Shown: one piece after another, positions 50,172 to 60,645 of the stretch
Layout: every line of letters begins with the position of its first letter
How positions within the stretch are numbered: position 1 is the first letter of the stretch
Source: Candidatus Poribacteria bacterium
GTDB taxonomy: Bacteria > Poribacteria > WGA-4E > WGA-3G
DNA length: 64,000 nt
Direction of reading: 5' to 3'
Assembly: GCA_965242965.1 (NCBI GenBank)
Contig: OZ251518.1
Span: forward strand, 1,216,001 to 1,280,000
Position numbers and translations under genes: made by a program
The notes under the pieces: model-generated
What the model was told of the DNA's origin: nothing
The model's database searches: none
Seen by the model: the letters and a program-made list of their open reading frames with translations, nothing else

Positions 50172-51716
50172 TTATTCAAGAAACTCAATTGCCCTCTGAA
50201 TTCGCGCCAACACCTCAACCCTACCCAGCAAGACGAGAATGTCAAATAGACTTGGCCCGAAGGAGGTGCCAGTCAGCGCGATGCGCAATGTCTGCATCGC
50301 CACGACGCGCTTGATGTCGCGCTCCTCCGTGTATTGCCAAATCGCCGATTCGACTGTCTCTAACTCAAACGGCTCTACCGCTTCCAAGACCGCCCCAAGG
50401 GCTATCAAGATGTCGCGCGCGTCTTTCTTCCACCACTTCTTGACTGCTTTCGGTTCGTATTCAGTCGGAGAGGCGAAGAAATAGCAGGTTTGCGGGACGA
50501 TGTCCTGTAATTTGCTTAAACGTTCACCCACTGCGGTGACAATCCTCTCCAACCGTTCGCGCGGTTCTGCCGCTACGTCAACTCCTTCCTCCTCCCAGAA
50601 CGGAATGACGGCATCGGTGCGCGCCGCCACATCTAACTCGCCGATGTAGTGCGTGTTGAGCCACTCCAGTTTCTTAATGTCAAAAACGCTGCCGCTCTTA
50701 CCGACTCTCCCCAGGTCAAACTTCTCAATGAGTTCCTCGACTGAGAAAATCTCCTGCTTATCATCGTAGGACCAGCCGAGGCGCGCGACGAAGTTCAGCA
50801 TCGCCGCAGGAAGATATCCCTCCTCGCGATAGCGGCTGACAGCAACTAGCTCTCCGTGGTGCCGTTTGCTCAGTTTCCTACCGGTATTGTCTAAAACCAG
50901 CGGGATATGCGCGAATTGCGGGACATTTAAACCGAGCGCGTGCGCAATGGCAATCTGCTTCGGCGTGTTGTTGAGATGCTCTGTCCCACGAATCACATGC
51001 GTTATCTGCATCGCCGCATCGTCAATAATTGACGTGAGATTGTAACTCGGCATGCCGTTTGAACGGACGATAACCTCGTCTTCCAACGTGCCCGGGTCAA
51101 TGTCTCGCGTGCCGAGCACGATGTCGGCGACGCAGATTGCGGTGTCCGGCATTTTGATGCGCACCGTCGGTTTTCTACCTTCTGCGGCGAAGCGTTCCTT
51201 GTCTGCCTGGGTGAGATAGCGGCACCTGCTGTCGTAGGCGCGGTTCTGCTTCGCTGCACGGGATTGCGCGCGTATCGCATCCAACTCTGCCGGTGTGCAG
51301 TAGCAGTGGTAAGCGTTGCCGCTGTCTAGCAACTGCTGAACGTGCCGTTCGTAAATATCTCGCCGTTCGGATTGGACGTAAGGCGCGTGTGGTCCACCCT
51401 TCTCGCCGCCTTCGTCCCAGTTGAGGCCTAACCACCGCAGCGAGTCGTAAATCCCGCGCATTGATTCATCGGTGGAACGGGCGGCATCGGTGTCGTCAAT
51501 GCGAAGAATGAATGTCCCGTTGTGATGCCGGGCAAACAGCCAGTTGAATAACGCGGTGCGCGCGCTGCCAATGTGTAAGAATCCGGTCGGCGAAGGAGCC
51601 ATCCGGACTCTGATCTGGTGTTGGGCCCGGGGGGTTTCTCCTACTGAATTGCATCGAGACCGGGAGGTCTCTCCTACTGTCTTTTGAGACTGGGAGGTTT
51701 CTCCTAGTGAGTTCAT
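50172..51716 (-). CDS. gltX: Glutamate--tRNA ligase with REP-derived N-terminal extension
   Basis: [28 protein letters not shown]; ATG at 51716 overlaps the glnS stop (ATGA). Confidence 0.95.
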   Translation of the reverse strand: MNSLGETSQSQKTVGETSRSRCNSVGETPRAQHQIRVRMAPSPTGFLHIGSARTALFNWLFARHHNGTFILRIDDTDAARSTDESMRGIYDSLRWLGLNWDEGGEKGGPHAPYVQSERRDIYERHVQQLLDSGNAYHCYCTPAELDAIRAQSRAAKQNRAYDSRCRYLTQADKERFAAEGRKPTVRIKMPDTAICVADIVLGTRDIDPGTLEDEVIVRSNGMPSYNLTSIIDDAAMQITHVIRGTEHLNNTPKQIAIAHALGLNVPQFAHIPLVLDNTGRKLSKRHHGELVAVSRYREEGYLPAAMLNFVARLGWSYDDKQEIFSVEELIEKFDLGRVGKSGSVFDIKKLEWLNTHYIGELDVAARTDAVIPFWEEEGVDVAAEPRERLERIVTAVGERLSKLQDIVPQTCYFFASPTEYEPKAVKKWWKKDARDILIALGAVLEAVEPFELETVESAIWQYTEERDIKRVVAMQTLRIALTGTSFGPSLFDILVLLGRVEVLARIQRAIEFLE

Positions 51717-53449
51717 TTCTTCTGTCCTCGCTGAATTTTCGCCCAACTATCCCGCAACGGGACGGTGCGGTTGAATACCAACTTCTCCGCCGTTGTATCC
51801 GGATCGACGCAGAAATAGCCCATCCGGAGGAACTGATACCGCGTGCCGTGCGGAACGCCGACAAGACTCGGTTCAACTTTGCAACCCGTTAAAACTTCCA
51901 AGGAGTTCGGATTGATGAAGGCTGTCCAATCAGTCCCATCGGCGGCGTTCTCCGGTTCACGTTCGGTGAAAAGTGACTCGTAGAGGCGCGCTTCGGCATT
52001 GACAGCGTGCGCCGCTGATACCCAGTGCAATGTGCCGCGCACCCTGCGGCCATCGTCAGACCAGCCACCGCGCGTCCCCGGGTCATACGTGCAGTGAATT
52101 TCAAGAATCTCGCCGGTGCCCGGGTCTTTCACGACGCTTTCGCACGTGACGTAATAGGCGTGCTTGAGGCGCACCTCGCGTCCGGGGGCCAAACGGAAGA
52201 ATTTCCGGGGCGGGTCCTCCATGAAATCCTCGCGTTCAATGTAGAGTTCCCGCGAAAACGGGATTTGCCGCGTGCCAGCATCCGCGTCTTCCGGGTTATT
52301 TTCCGCTTCCAGCCATTCCACCTCTCCATCGGGATAGTTGTCAATAACCACTTTGACAGGATTCAGCACTGCCATGACGCGGGGGGCGCGTTGGTTCAAG
52401 TCAGTCCGGATGGAATACTCCAACTGACTCATCTCAATGAGATTATCCGCCTTTGAAACGCCGATGCGGTTGCAGAAATCGTGAATCGCCGCCGGCGTAT
52501 ACCCACGACGGCGCATCCCGGCGAGCGTCGGCAGGCGAGGATCGTCCCAGTCATTGACATGTCCTTCCTGCACCAGCACGCGCAACTTCCGCTTGCCTAG
52601 CACCGTGTGCGTTAAATTCAGGCGCGCGAATTCTATTTGGCGCGGCCGGTAAATTTCCAACGCCTCCAGAAACCAGTCGTAAAGTGGACGATGATCTTCA
52701 AATTGGACATCGCATAACGAATGCGTGATACCCTCAATAGAATCGGATTGCCCGTGCGTGAAATCGTAGGTAGGATAGATGCACCACTCCGTGCCGTATC
52801 GATAGTGCGGCGCGCGGAGAACGCGATACATCACCGGGTCGCGCATGTTAAGATTGGGGCTCGCCATATCGATTTTGGCGCGAAGCGTGCGAGAACCGTC
52901 CGGGAATTCGCCGTTACGCATGCCGCGAAACAACGCCAGATTCTCCGCAACCGAACGGGTGCGGTAGGGACTATCTTTGCCGGGTTCGACTAAAGTGCCG
53001 CGATAGGCGCGCATCTCGTCCGGTGTCAGATCGCAGACATACGCCTTCCCCTTTTCGATGAGTTTGATGGCATAGCCGTAGAGCGTCTCAAAGTAATCGG
53101 AGGCGTAAAACTCGCGTTCTTCCCAGTCAAAACCGAGCCAGCGAACATCGCGTTTGATCGCCTCGACATACTCGTGTTCCTCGGTGATGGGGTTGCTGTC
53201 GTCAAAGCGGAGGTTATAGAGGCCGCCGTAGTCTTCGGCGATGCCGAAGCTAATGCAGATGGCTTTGGCATGTCCGATGTGGAGATAGCCGCTCGGTTCC
53301 GGTGGAAATCGGGTATGCACTTTTCCGTCATAAGTGTTATCCGCCAGGTCCTTCTCAACTTCTTGGCGGATGAAATCGAGATTCGTTTTCGCGGCGGGTT
53401 TTTCGTCGTTTTCGGTGCTATGTTTTGGGTTAGCGTCCGAATTTTTCAT
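51713..53449 (-). CDS. glnS: Glutamine--tRNA ligase
   Basis: [51 protein letters not shown]. Confidence 0.96.
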   Translation of the reverse strand: MKNSDANPKHSTENDEKPAAKTNLDFIRQEVEKDLADNTYDGKVHTRFPPEPSGYLHIGHAKAICISFGIAEDYGGLYNLRFDDSNPITEEHEYVEAIKRDVRWLGFDWEEREFYASDYFETLYGYAIKLIEKGKAYVCDLTPDEMRAYRGTLVEPGKDSPYRTRSVAENLALFRGMRNGEFPDGSRTLRAKIDMASPNLNMRDPVMYRVLRAPHYRYGTEWCIYPTYDFTHGQSDSIEGITHSLCDVQFEDHRPLYDWFLEALEIYRPRQIEFARLNLTHTVLGKRKLRVLVQEGHVNDWDDPRLPTLAGMRRRGYTPAAIHDFCNRIGVSKADNLIEMSQLEYSIRTDLNQRAPRVMAVLNPVKVVIDNYPDGEVEWLEAENNPEDADAGTRQIPFSRELYIEREDFMEDPPRKFFRLAPGREVRLKHAYYVTCESVVKDPGTGEILEIHCTYDPGTRGGWSDDGRRVRGTLHWVSAAHAVNAEARLYESLFTEREPENAADGTDWTAFINPNSLEVLTGCKVEPSLVGVPHGTRYQFLRMGYFCVDPDTTAEKLVFNRTVPLRDSWAKIQRGQKK

Positions 53450-53752
53450 AACAGGGCTCCATGATGCAAAAAGGTTTACGTTGCGATATTATACCTGAGA
53501 ACCGGGGCCAAAGTCAAGGAATTTTCTGCAATTCCCCTCCCATTCCCCGGTAGGCGAGACCTCCAGGTCTCGATTTCTTTCTCCTGACCTCGATGTTCCC
53601 GTAGCGCGGGCCCCTCGGATGCCATACGCGCATCCGAGCGAGTTTCCCCCGCGCGGGTTAGATTGCGCGAGCGATGGCGAGGGACAGGCCCTCGCCCTAC
53701 GATGAAGGGGGACCTTCTGCAGCCCTATTGCATCGAGACCAGGAGGTCTCTC

Positions 53753-53917
53753 CTACGCCCGCTCTTGACCAGGTTGGAGATTAGGCGATTTTAACAGAAA
53801 CCGGTCCCCTGCTTGTGCAGGCAGGTCGACCGGAATATCGCCAGTCACCTGAACAATACTCTCGCCAAATTCGTTGACAATTTTCGTGATGTTTTCTTGA
53901 GATTCTAGTTTTTCCAT
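53753..53917 (-). CDS. Small 54-aa hypothetical protein, probably leaderless (not in the ORF track)
   Basis: MEKLESQENITKIVNEFGESIVQVTGDIPVDLPAQAGDRFLLKSPNLQPGQERA*; TTGACA-17-TATTAT ends 6 nt before the ATG. Confidence 0.5.
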   Translation of the reverse strand: MEKLESQENITKIVNEFGESIVQVTGDIPVDLPAQAGDRFLLKSPNLQPGQERA

Positions 53918-54038
53918 GGGGATATAATACAAAAATTACGGAGAAATGTCAATTTTTCAGAAAAAAGTTGTAACCTTTCCTGCAATGCATCGTTTTTTTA
54001 CTTATGACGTAAAAGATTTTTATTAAGGAGGTTTACCC

Positions 54039-54230
54039 ATGCATTCCAAGGATACGCCGAAGAACCATTCCAGTTTCTACGAAGTGGCTCTGTATCTTGC
54101 GGTAGCGAAGGCACAGCAGAATGAATTCCGATGGGAGGCGTTCATTGACGATGTGTCCCAGATTTGCGACAGATTCGCGACGCACATTGCTTCCCAAGGC
54201 ATCTCTGCTTCCAAGTTGTCACGCCGATAG
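54039..54230 (+). CDS. Small hypothetical protein (63 aa)
   Basis: Strong SD TAAGGAGG; divergent from the 54-aa ORF. Confidence 0.55.
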   Translation: MHSKDTPKNHSSFYEVALYLAVAKAQQNEFRWEAFIDDVSQICDRFATHIASQGISASKLSRR

Positions 54231-54295
54231 TTGTGACGTTCCCTGTTAAAGACGAGGTTCATTGTCCTACCCTGACAATGTGCCTCGTTTTTTCT

Positions 54296-55567
54296 TCAGA
54301 GCGGTTCATTCAACTTCTCATGATTCCGCATAATCTTAACGAGGGAGCTTACCAGCTTCTCCGGGGCGTGGCGGATGACGTTCATTTCAACGCCGCCTTC
54401 CTTCACTACCATGTCGCGAATCAGGTCTGCCTCAACGACAGTCATTCCCTGCTCCGCCAGATTTTCCCCTTCCGCATTGTAAGATACCTGCACCTTCGAG
54501 GCATCCGCCACCAGCATCGTCTCCGCTGAGAGCAGTGAAATGTGCTTAGCGAGGTTCATCACATCCATCGGGTGCGCCTTGTTTTCGTAAAGCATAGAGA
54601 GTCCGTCTTCGGAAAGCGAGCGGATGCGGGTGAGCTGCGCCAGCAACTCCTGCCGCACATATTCCTGAATGACTTCGGTTGGCGCGGGATGATTATTGAC
54701 GAGAACGTATTGTAACGTGATTTTCGCGTGGTCCAACAGGGCATTGACGTGGTCCGTGACAGCGTAACCGTCGGTTTCACCGGGCTGCGTCATGACGTTA
54801 CAGACGTAGATTTTCATGGCATTGGAACGCTGTATTGCGTCAACAATGCCTTTGATGACGAGATTCGGCATGATGCTGGTATAAAGACTCCCCGGTCCGA
54901 TGATAATGACATCGGCGTTCAGCAGTGCGTCTATCGCCTCGTGGTGTGCTTGGCATTCGTAGATTTCGCTTGGTTGTTCATCCCGATGGTGCGTTTTGCC
55001 ATTCTCGCGCCGCTCAAAAAAGACGCGCTTGATGGGTTCGCGGTTCTCGCGTTTGGGGATAGTCGATTCGCCGCGGACAATCTCGCCATCGGCGAGTTCG
55101 GCGCACAGCACGGTGTAGTCTAACGTCACGGGGATAATCCTGCCGCGCACAGCGAGGAGCCGCGATGCGGCTTGGATGGCTTTTGGAAAGTTGCCTTTCA
55201 ATGCTGTCAATGCCGTGAGCAGGATATTGCCGATGGTATGCCCACCGAGTTCGCCGTTGCTTGAGAATCGGTATTCAAACAGCCCGGCGAGTTCATCTGC
55301 ATCGGATAAGGTGAACAGCAGCCGCCGGATGTCGCCGGGAGGAAGCACGTCAAACTCTTCGACGAGGCGGCCGGAGCTCCCTCCATCGTCGGAGACGGTG
55401 ACGATGGCAGTGAGGTTATCCAAATCGATAATCTTATCGTCGCCGAGGTTGATGTCTGCGTAGTGTTTGATGCCGCTGAGCAGTGCGGACAATCCACTAC
55501 CGCCGCCGATACAGGCGAGCCTTAAGTTCTTTGTATGTTGCACGTTTGATACGTTCTCTGATTTCAT
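54296..55567 (-). CDS. yvcK: YvcK/CofD-like (gluconeogenesis factor) protein
   Basis: IGGGSGLS, VTVSDDGGSSGRL, PPGDIR, GPGSLYTSIMPNL, NVMTQPGETDG. Confidence 0.9.
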   Translation of the reverse strand: MKSENVSNVQHTKNLRLACIGGGSGLSALLSGIKHYADINLGDDKIIDLDNLTAIVTVSDDGGSSGRLVEEFDVLPPGDIRRLLFTLSDADELAGLFEYRFSSNGELGGHTIGNILLTALTALKGNFPKAIQAASRLLAVRGRIIPVTLDYTVLCAELADGEIVRGESTIPKRENREPIKRVFFERRENGKTHHRDEQPSEIYECQAHHEAIDALLNADVIIIGPGSLYTSIMPNLVIKGIVDAIQRSNAMKIYVCNVMTQPGETDGYAVTDHVNALLDHAKITLQYVLVNNHPAPTEVIQEYVRQELLAQLTRIRSLSEDGLSMLYENKAHPMDVMNLAKHISLLSAETMLVADASKVQVSYNAEGENLAEQGMTVVEADLIRDMVVKEGGVEMNVIRHAPEKLVSSLVKIMRNHEKLNEPL

Positions 55568-55704
55568 CGCGTCTGTCTCCGCATATCTGTCGCCTTGTTT
55601 GGTAGGCGCGGTTACAAACCGCGCCTGCACCCGGCACGCTTAGAACGCGCGCCTACCCGCAAAATTAATTTTGCGTTAATCATATCACAACATAAATAAC
55701 GCAA

Positions 55705-57177
55705 TTAACGGCAAATCTGTTTCATTAACATTTGCAGCGTGTCCAACGTCTCGTCACAGAGAGCCTCCGCTTCCGCCGCCGTAGGTGCTTCGCTGAACAC
55801 CCGAATGACAGGTTCGGTGCCTGATTTGCGGATGTTCACCCATCTGTCATCCCAGCTGCGCTTGATACCGTCACCCAGGTCAAGTTGCGGCATCGGGAGG
55901 GGTTTTTCATGCGAGACAGGGGTGTCCTTTCCCTTTGAGTCCGGGAGTGCTCTCCTATCGGTATAGATTTCCTCGGCGCGCGCAATGAGCTGCGTTGCGA
56001 TGTCTTGCGAGGGTATCTCCAGTTTCTTGCGACACATCTCGTAGTGCGGCAGACTCTCCACGAGTGCTGTCACGGTGCTCACGGTGCCATCTGAATCGCT
56101 TTGCAGACGTGTTTCAGCCAGACGTTGCACCATCGCCGCAATGGAAGCGATGCCGTCGGTAGTATGATGGATGCTCGGATAGATAACGCCGCCGGTGCCT
56201 TCGCCGCCAATAACGGCGTTCACCTCGTGCATTTTCTCCACCACCCATCCCACACCGACTTTCGTTCGGTGGAGCGTCACGCCGTGCTTCGCGGCGACAT
56301 CATCTAGCATCCGACTTGTTGATACCGTTGCGACGATATCACCCTTCGTCTGCTTGAGGATAAAATCGGCGATGAGCGCGAACGTCCATTCGCCGCTCAG
56401 CGGAACACCGCGTTCTGTCACAATGACAAGTCTATCCGCGTCTCCATCGTGCGCGAATCCGATGTCGGCGTTGGTGACGCGCACCGTTTCACACAACTCG
56501 CCGAGGGCATCAGGCGTAGGTTCGGCGGGCCGGCGGAAGTGCCCATCGGGAACGCAGTTGAGTTCAACAACCCGACAGCCGAGCTCTCGCAACAGCGTTG
56601 GGCTGATGACGCTTCCCGCGCCGTTGCCGCAGTCCAGCACTACCTTCAGATTCGCTTTTTGAATCAAGTCGTGTTCAAGCCACGGTGAACTCATTATCGT
56701 TGCGAGGTGATACGCTATGGCATCGCTGTCGGTTTCTAGCCGGCCTTGTTCGTTCCACGGTGCGAGCGCGAACTCTTCTGTTTCAAAGATACGCGCGATT
56801 TCGTCGCGTTCCGCTTGCGTCAAAAGCCTCCCCGATGCCGACGCGAATTCAATCCCGTTCCACTCCATGGGGTTATGACTGGCGGTGATGGTGACACTGC
56901 CTTGCGCATCAAGTGCCTTCGCCATCAAGAGGATAGTCGGTGTCGGACAGAGTCCAACGTCAATGACGCGGCACCCAGTGGCGAGCAGACCGGCAAGCAC
57001 CGCGTGCTGAACCATCGGCCCCGAGGTCCGCGAGTCTTTCCCAATTACCACTGTTCTACCGGCGACAAACGTGCCGAACGCCATCGCAAATTGCGTGATG
57101 AGCCTCGGGTCCAACGAAACGCCTACCTGTCCGCGAACGCCTGAAACGCTAATGATGGGTTGTTCTATGTTAGCCAT
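55705..57177 (-). CDS. glmM: Phosphoglucosamine mutase / phosphohexomutase
   Basis: SVSGVRG, DSRTSG, ITASHNP, DGDADR, GGEGTGG, RKSGTEPVIRV. Confidence 0.85.
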   Translation of the reverse strand: MANIEQPIISVSGVRGQVGVSLDPRLITQFAMAFGTFVAGRTVVIGKDSRTSGPMVQHAVLAGLLATGCRVIDVGLCPTPTILLMAKALDAQGSVTITASHNPMEWNGIEFASASGRLLTQAERDEIARIFETEEFALAPWNEQGRLETDSDAIAYHLATIMSSPWLEHDLIQKANLKVVLDCGNGAGSVISPTLLRELGCRVVELNCVPDGHFRRPAEPTPDALGELCETVRVTNADIGFAHDGDADRLVIVTERGVPLSGEWTFALIADFILKQTKGDIVATVSTSRMLDDVAAKHGVTLHRTKVGVGWVVEKMHEVNAVIGGEGTGGVIYPSIHHTTDGIASIAAMVQRLAETRLQSDSDGTVSTVTALVESLPHYEMCRKKLEIPSQDIATQLIARAEEIYTDRRALPDSKGKDTPVSHEKPLPMPQLDLGDGIKRSWDDRWVNIRKSGTEPVIRVFSEAPTAAEAEALCDETLDTLQMLMKQICR

Positions 57178-57205
57178 GTTTTTGTATTTCCTTTCGTTAG
57201 TCTGG

Positions 57206-57925
57206 CTAATCGCGTATCAAACCGAGTAGGCAGATGCCGCCGATACATACCTGCCAGAAACAGACGAGGTACCACGGTGGATAGGCGAAAAGATACGATG
57301 GAATCGGCGTTAACTCGTAGAGCAACGGTGTCCTGAAGATATCCGTTTCCGCCAAAATCGCGCACACGGCCATCAGCGGATTTGCATGGAGAACCAGCGG
57401 AATTATCGGTTGAACGCTGTCAATATAACGTTCCAAAGGTGCCAGTAAAAACATGCCGCCGATAGTCGTGCACCAGAGGAGATACGCGAGTTCTGTGCCG
57501 AAAAGCACGTCTCGAAAAACCTTCGCGCCCCACATGCCGACAGCTCCAGCGGAAAAACTGTAGATGCCTAGCACGGCGAGCATTTGCAACGCCTTCACGA
57601 ACGGTGGTTCCATCGCACAGAAAAGGAACGCCGTTGATAGAAACGCCCAACATAAGAGCGGCACCTGACCCGTGGCAAGTTGCGTCAATAAGCGTTTCCT
57701 AGTTGAACTGCGACTGAGGGTTAGCAGAACGGAATCGCCTTCCGTGCGGTTCATATATGCCGCCAAATAAGGTGCCGCCAGAAGCACGACGCACCCCTGT
57801 GCGAGCGCGAAACACGCCGTCGGTGAGCCGAGTTTCGCGTGGGCTAGCAAGAGATATATTACCCACGACAGCAAACTGGCAGACAGGACTGTGAGTGCAA
57901 TGATGGCGCGGCGGACACCAAGCAT
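57206..57925 (-). CDS. Hypothetical integral membrane protein (ABC-2 permease-like)
   Basis: About 6 hydrophobic segments; start overlaps the stop of the upstream TPR gene. Confidence 0.6.
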   Translation of the reverse strand: MLGVRRAIIALTVLSASLLSWVIYLLLAHAKLGSPTACFALAQGCVVLLAAPYLAAYMNRTEGDSVLLTLSRSSTRKRLLTQLATGQVPLLCWAFLSTAFLFCAMEPPFVKALQMLAVLGIYSFSAGAVGMWGAKVFRDVLFGTELAYLLWCTTIGGMFLLAPLERYIDSVQPIIPLVLHANPLMAVCAILAETDIFRTPLLYELTPIPSYLFAYPPWYLVCFWQVCIGGICLLGLIRD

Positions 57926-58569
57926 TAGTAATCTCCGCGGAGCCGTAAGAGTGTCTCGGCAATGCCAATAAGGTTCGGGTTGATAAGCAACGCTTGTTTG
58001 TATGCCTCAATTGCCTCCTCAATTTTCCCGAGTCTGACATAGACGTGCCCCATCCCGGCGAACGCGCCGAAGTGGTTCGGGTTGAGCGCGATGGCGCGCT
58101 TACAATCTCTGATGGATTTGCTCCACTCTTCCATTAAGAAATAGGCGATGGCGCGCTGATTGTAGCCTTCGGCGAACGCCGGGGCGGCTTCAATAACTTC
58201 GGTGAAACGTTCAACCGCTTCTTCATACGCCTCGTCTTCCAATAGCGATTTGCCATCGCTAAGCATTTTATCGATGGAGGCATCGCCGGAACGCGACCAG
58301 ATGTGCCACAGCGCGCTTTCGGCAGAAAGGCGGGTGCCGAGGTCATCGTCCTTGAGCGCGTCAATGAGTGCAGGCACGACTTCTTCGTCGCCGATAATTT
58401 TAAGCGCGGCAGCCGCCGCACGCGTAACGAGCGGGTCTTCACGTTTCAGGTATCCTAACAACGTTTCTGCTGAGTATTGCTCGGTGAGGCGTTGTTTTAG
58501 TTTTTCGGTATTGCCGGAATGCTTAAACATCAGTTTCGCCAATTCCGAAAATCCGTTATGCTTGTGCAT
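57925..58569 (-). CDS. HEAT-repeat + TPR protein
   Basis: VPALIDALKDDD; AEGYNQRAIAYF, ALNPNHFGAFAGMG TPRs. Confidence 0.88.
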   Translation of the reverse strand: MHKHNGFSELAKLMFKHSGNTEKLKQRLTEQYSAETLLGYLKREDPLVTRAAAAALKIIGDEEVVPALIDALKDDDLGTRLSAESALWHIWSRSGDASIDKMLSDGKSLLEDEAYEEAVERFTEVIEAAPAFAEGYNQRAIAYFLMEEWSKSIRDCKRAIALNPNHFGAFAGMGHVYVRLGKIEEAIEAYKQALLINPNLIGIAETLLRLRGDY

Positions 58570-58724
58570 CGTAAACCTCGCGATGGATAAAAACTAGTTT
58601 TATAGGTATTATAGCATATCTTCGCAGGAATAGCAACAGAATAATACCAAATGCACGCTGTAGTTTGCCTTGCCCTATGAAGATGGGGGCAACTACCCCA
58701 ACGTGTTATGTCTATCAAAAACCT

Positions 58725-59520
58725 AATCTTTGCTAATCTTGTAAATCTTGTAAATCCTGCTCATGTTTTCGGAACCGGGAGAGAATCGTAGTGTATCAGG
58801 GGCTGGCAGACCTCATCACCTCTGTAGGTCAGGATCGTCTGATCCTGACCCGTTCGGGAGCGGGCTCTCCCGAACTACAGAGGTGGACACCCAATACTGG
58901 TCTTGACTCCCCACGGTAGGAGAGACCTCCTGGTCTCGATTTTCACTGTAGCAAGAGGTGGCGTTTTAGGTCCTTTAGCACCTACATGTCTATAGAAACA
59001 CGTGCCGGTCCCTTTTCAAGGTCCTTTAGGACCTTAATAAAAACACGCGCTGACCTCGCAAAAACTATTAAGGACCTAAAGGCCCTTAGGGTTCTTCGCG
59101 TCTGCGCGTGCTATAGACATTCAGGTCCTACAGACCTGAAGAGAAAGAGAGCCGTTTTTTTGTTCGTAGCGCGGGGGCCTGTCCCCCGCGAGCGTTGGAT
59201 TGCGCGGACGATGGCAAGGGAAACCCGCTCGCGCGCGCGGGTGGCATGCGAGGGCCCAAGCCCTACGACGCAGGGGGGCTTTCTGCCGCCGCTGCCCCGG
59301 GAGGCGCGCCGCCTATAAGTCAGGCTCGCCTGAAGTTCTGGCATATTTGCCAAATGATCCTGACCCGTTCGGGAGCGGGTGCTCCCGAACTACAGAGGTG
59401 GGCCCAATGCCTTCCTGATACGAACCACATCAAGACCGGGTGGAAGAAATCGAGACCAGGAGGTCTCTCCTACGGGGGACATCGCTCCCATCGAGACCGG
59501 GAGGTCTCTCCTACCGGTAA
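58725..59520. repeat. Mixed REP-like cluster
   Basis: AATCTTG repeats, GTAGGTCAGGATCG..GATCCTGAC, GTAGGAGAGACC..GGTCTC and CTATAGACAT units. Confidence 0.85.
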
Positions 59521-59606
59521 AGATAGGGACAACTGTCCGTTTTTCAATTTTGGAAACGAAATGTTTTGGCTTGACAAAAAGCACGTTTTCGGGTATCATA
59601 AAATTT

Positions 59607-60626
59607 GTGTATACACTTGAGCCACTTACCACACAAAATAGCGACAGATGGGACGCGCTCCTCCTGCAGTGCAGTGAAAGCACCGCGTTCCAGTCCCTCG
59701 CATGGCGAGACGCGCTGGACAGTGCCTTCAAACAACTCACGCCGGTATATCTATTAATTCAGGAGGATGACACAGTTATCGGCGGTTTGCCGGCGTTCGT
59801 GTTTCAACCGATACCGGGTATAAAATTGTGGCATTCACTGCCGTGGAACCTGTTCGGTGGGGTGTTTATCATAGATTCGGTGCAGGTTAACTTCGCTGAA
59901 CTGATGTGGGCAGTTGAAACCTATCTTGAAAACGCATCGGCGGAAAAGGGATGGTGTGAAAGGCGGTGGACATTTTCGCCGCGGCACAGCGAAACATACA
60001 GCGGCACTCTCGCCGAAATGGGTTATGAACGCACCGAACATTTCACGCACCTTCTGCAGACGAACAGAGACGTTGACGCTCTCTGGCGCGCCTATAATAA
60101 ACGCGTCCGCGGCGCAGTGCGGAAAGCGGAGAAGTCAGGCATAACTGTCACGGATACGGCAGATGAGGCAAGGCTCGCCGCCTTCTACGAGATGTATTTA
60201 ACCACCGTGAAACGCTTAGGCGGCACGCCGAAACCGTTGTCGCTTCTGCGCATCTTAATGCGGCGCAACCTTGCGAGATTGGCTATCGCTACCTACGATG
60301 GCACGATTATCGCCGGGCTTCTCTATCTCCATTTCAATCGGACGGTGACGCTGTGGTGTGAGGCTTCGGTGCCAGAGTTTCTGCAATATCGGCCTAACAA
60401 TGCGATTTTCCACTACATTCTCACGTGGGCGTGCGAGGCGGGATATGACTGGGTGGATTTTGGTGCGTCACCACCGGAAAACAAGGGGTTAATCGCGCAC
60501 AAAGAGCAATACCGCGCCAAACGGTTCGATTTCTGTCACTACACGAAAGTCGTTTCGCCGATAAGACGGGCCTTATGGACGCAAAGTGAGGGTATCCTCC
60601 GCAAAATTTATGCACGGATGCAATAG
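59607..60626 (+). CDS. GNAT family (FemAB-like/Acetyltransf_6) protein, probably leaderless
   Basis: AFQSLAW, VRKAEKSG, RPNNAIF, WVDFGAS; TTGACA-17-TATCAT (59571-59599) ends 7 nt before the GTG at 59607. Confidence 0.8.
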   Translation: MYTLEPLTTQNSDRWDALLLQCSESTAFQSLAWRDALDSAFKQLTPVYLLIQEDDTVIGGLPAFVFQPIPGIKLWHSLPWNLFGGVFIIDSVQVNFAELMWAVETYLENASAEKGWCERRWTFSPRHSETYSGTLAEMGYERTEHFTHLLQTNRDVDALWRAYNKRVRGAVRKAEKSGITVTDTADEARLAAFYEMYLTTVKRLGGTPKPLSLLRILMRRNLARLAIATYDGTIIAGLLYLHFNRTVTLWCEASVPEFLQYRPNNAIFHYILTWACEAGYDWVDFGASPPENKGLIAHKEQYRAKRFDFCHYTKVVSPIRRALWTQSEGILRKIYARMQ

Positions 60627-60645
60627 AAATTTGAGGGATCAAAAC

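Noticed and set aside
59379-59606. Upstream-extended starts in the ORF track (59379, 2816, 18375, 19494, 37197, 24166, 55630)
   Set aside because: The extensions run through REP, promoter or 3'-cassette DNA; downstream starts fit SD or promoter positions and signal peptides better.
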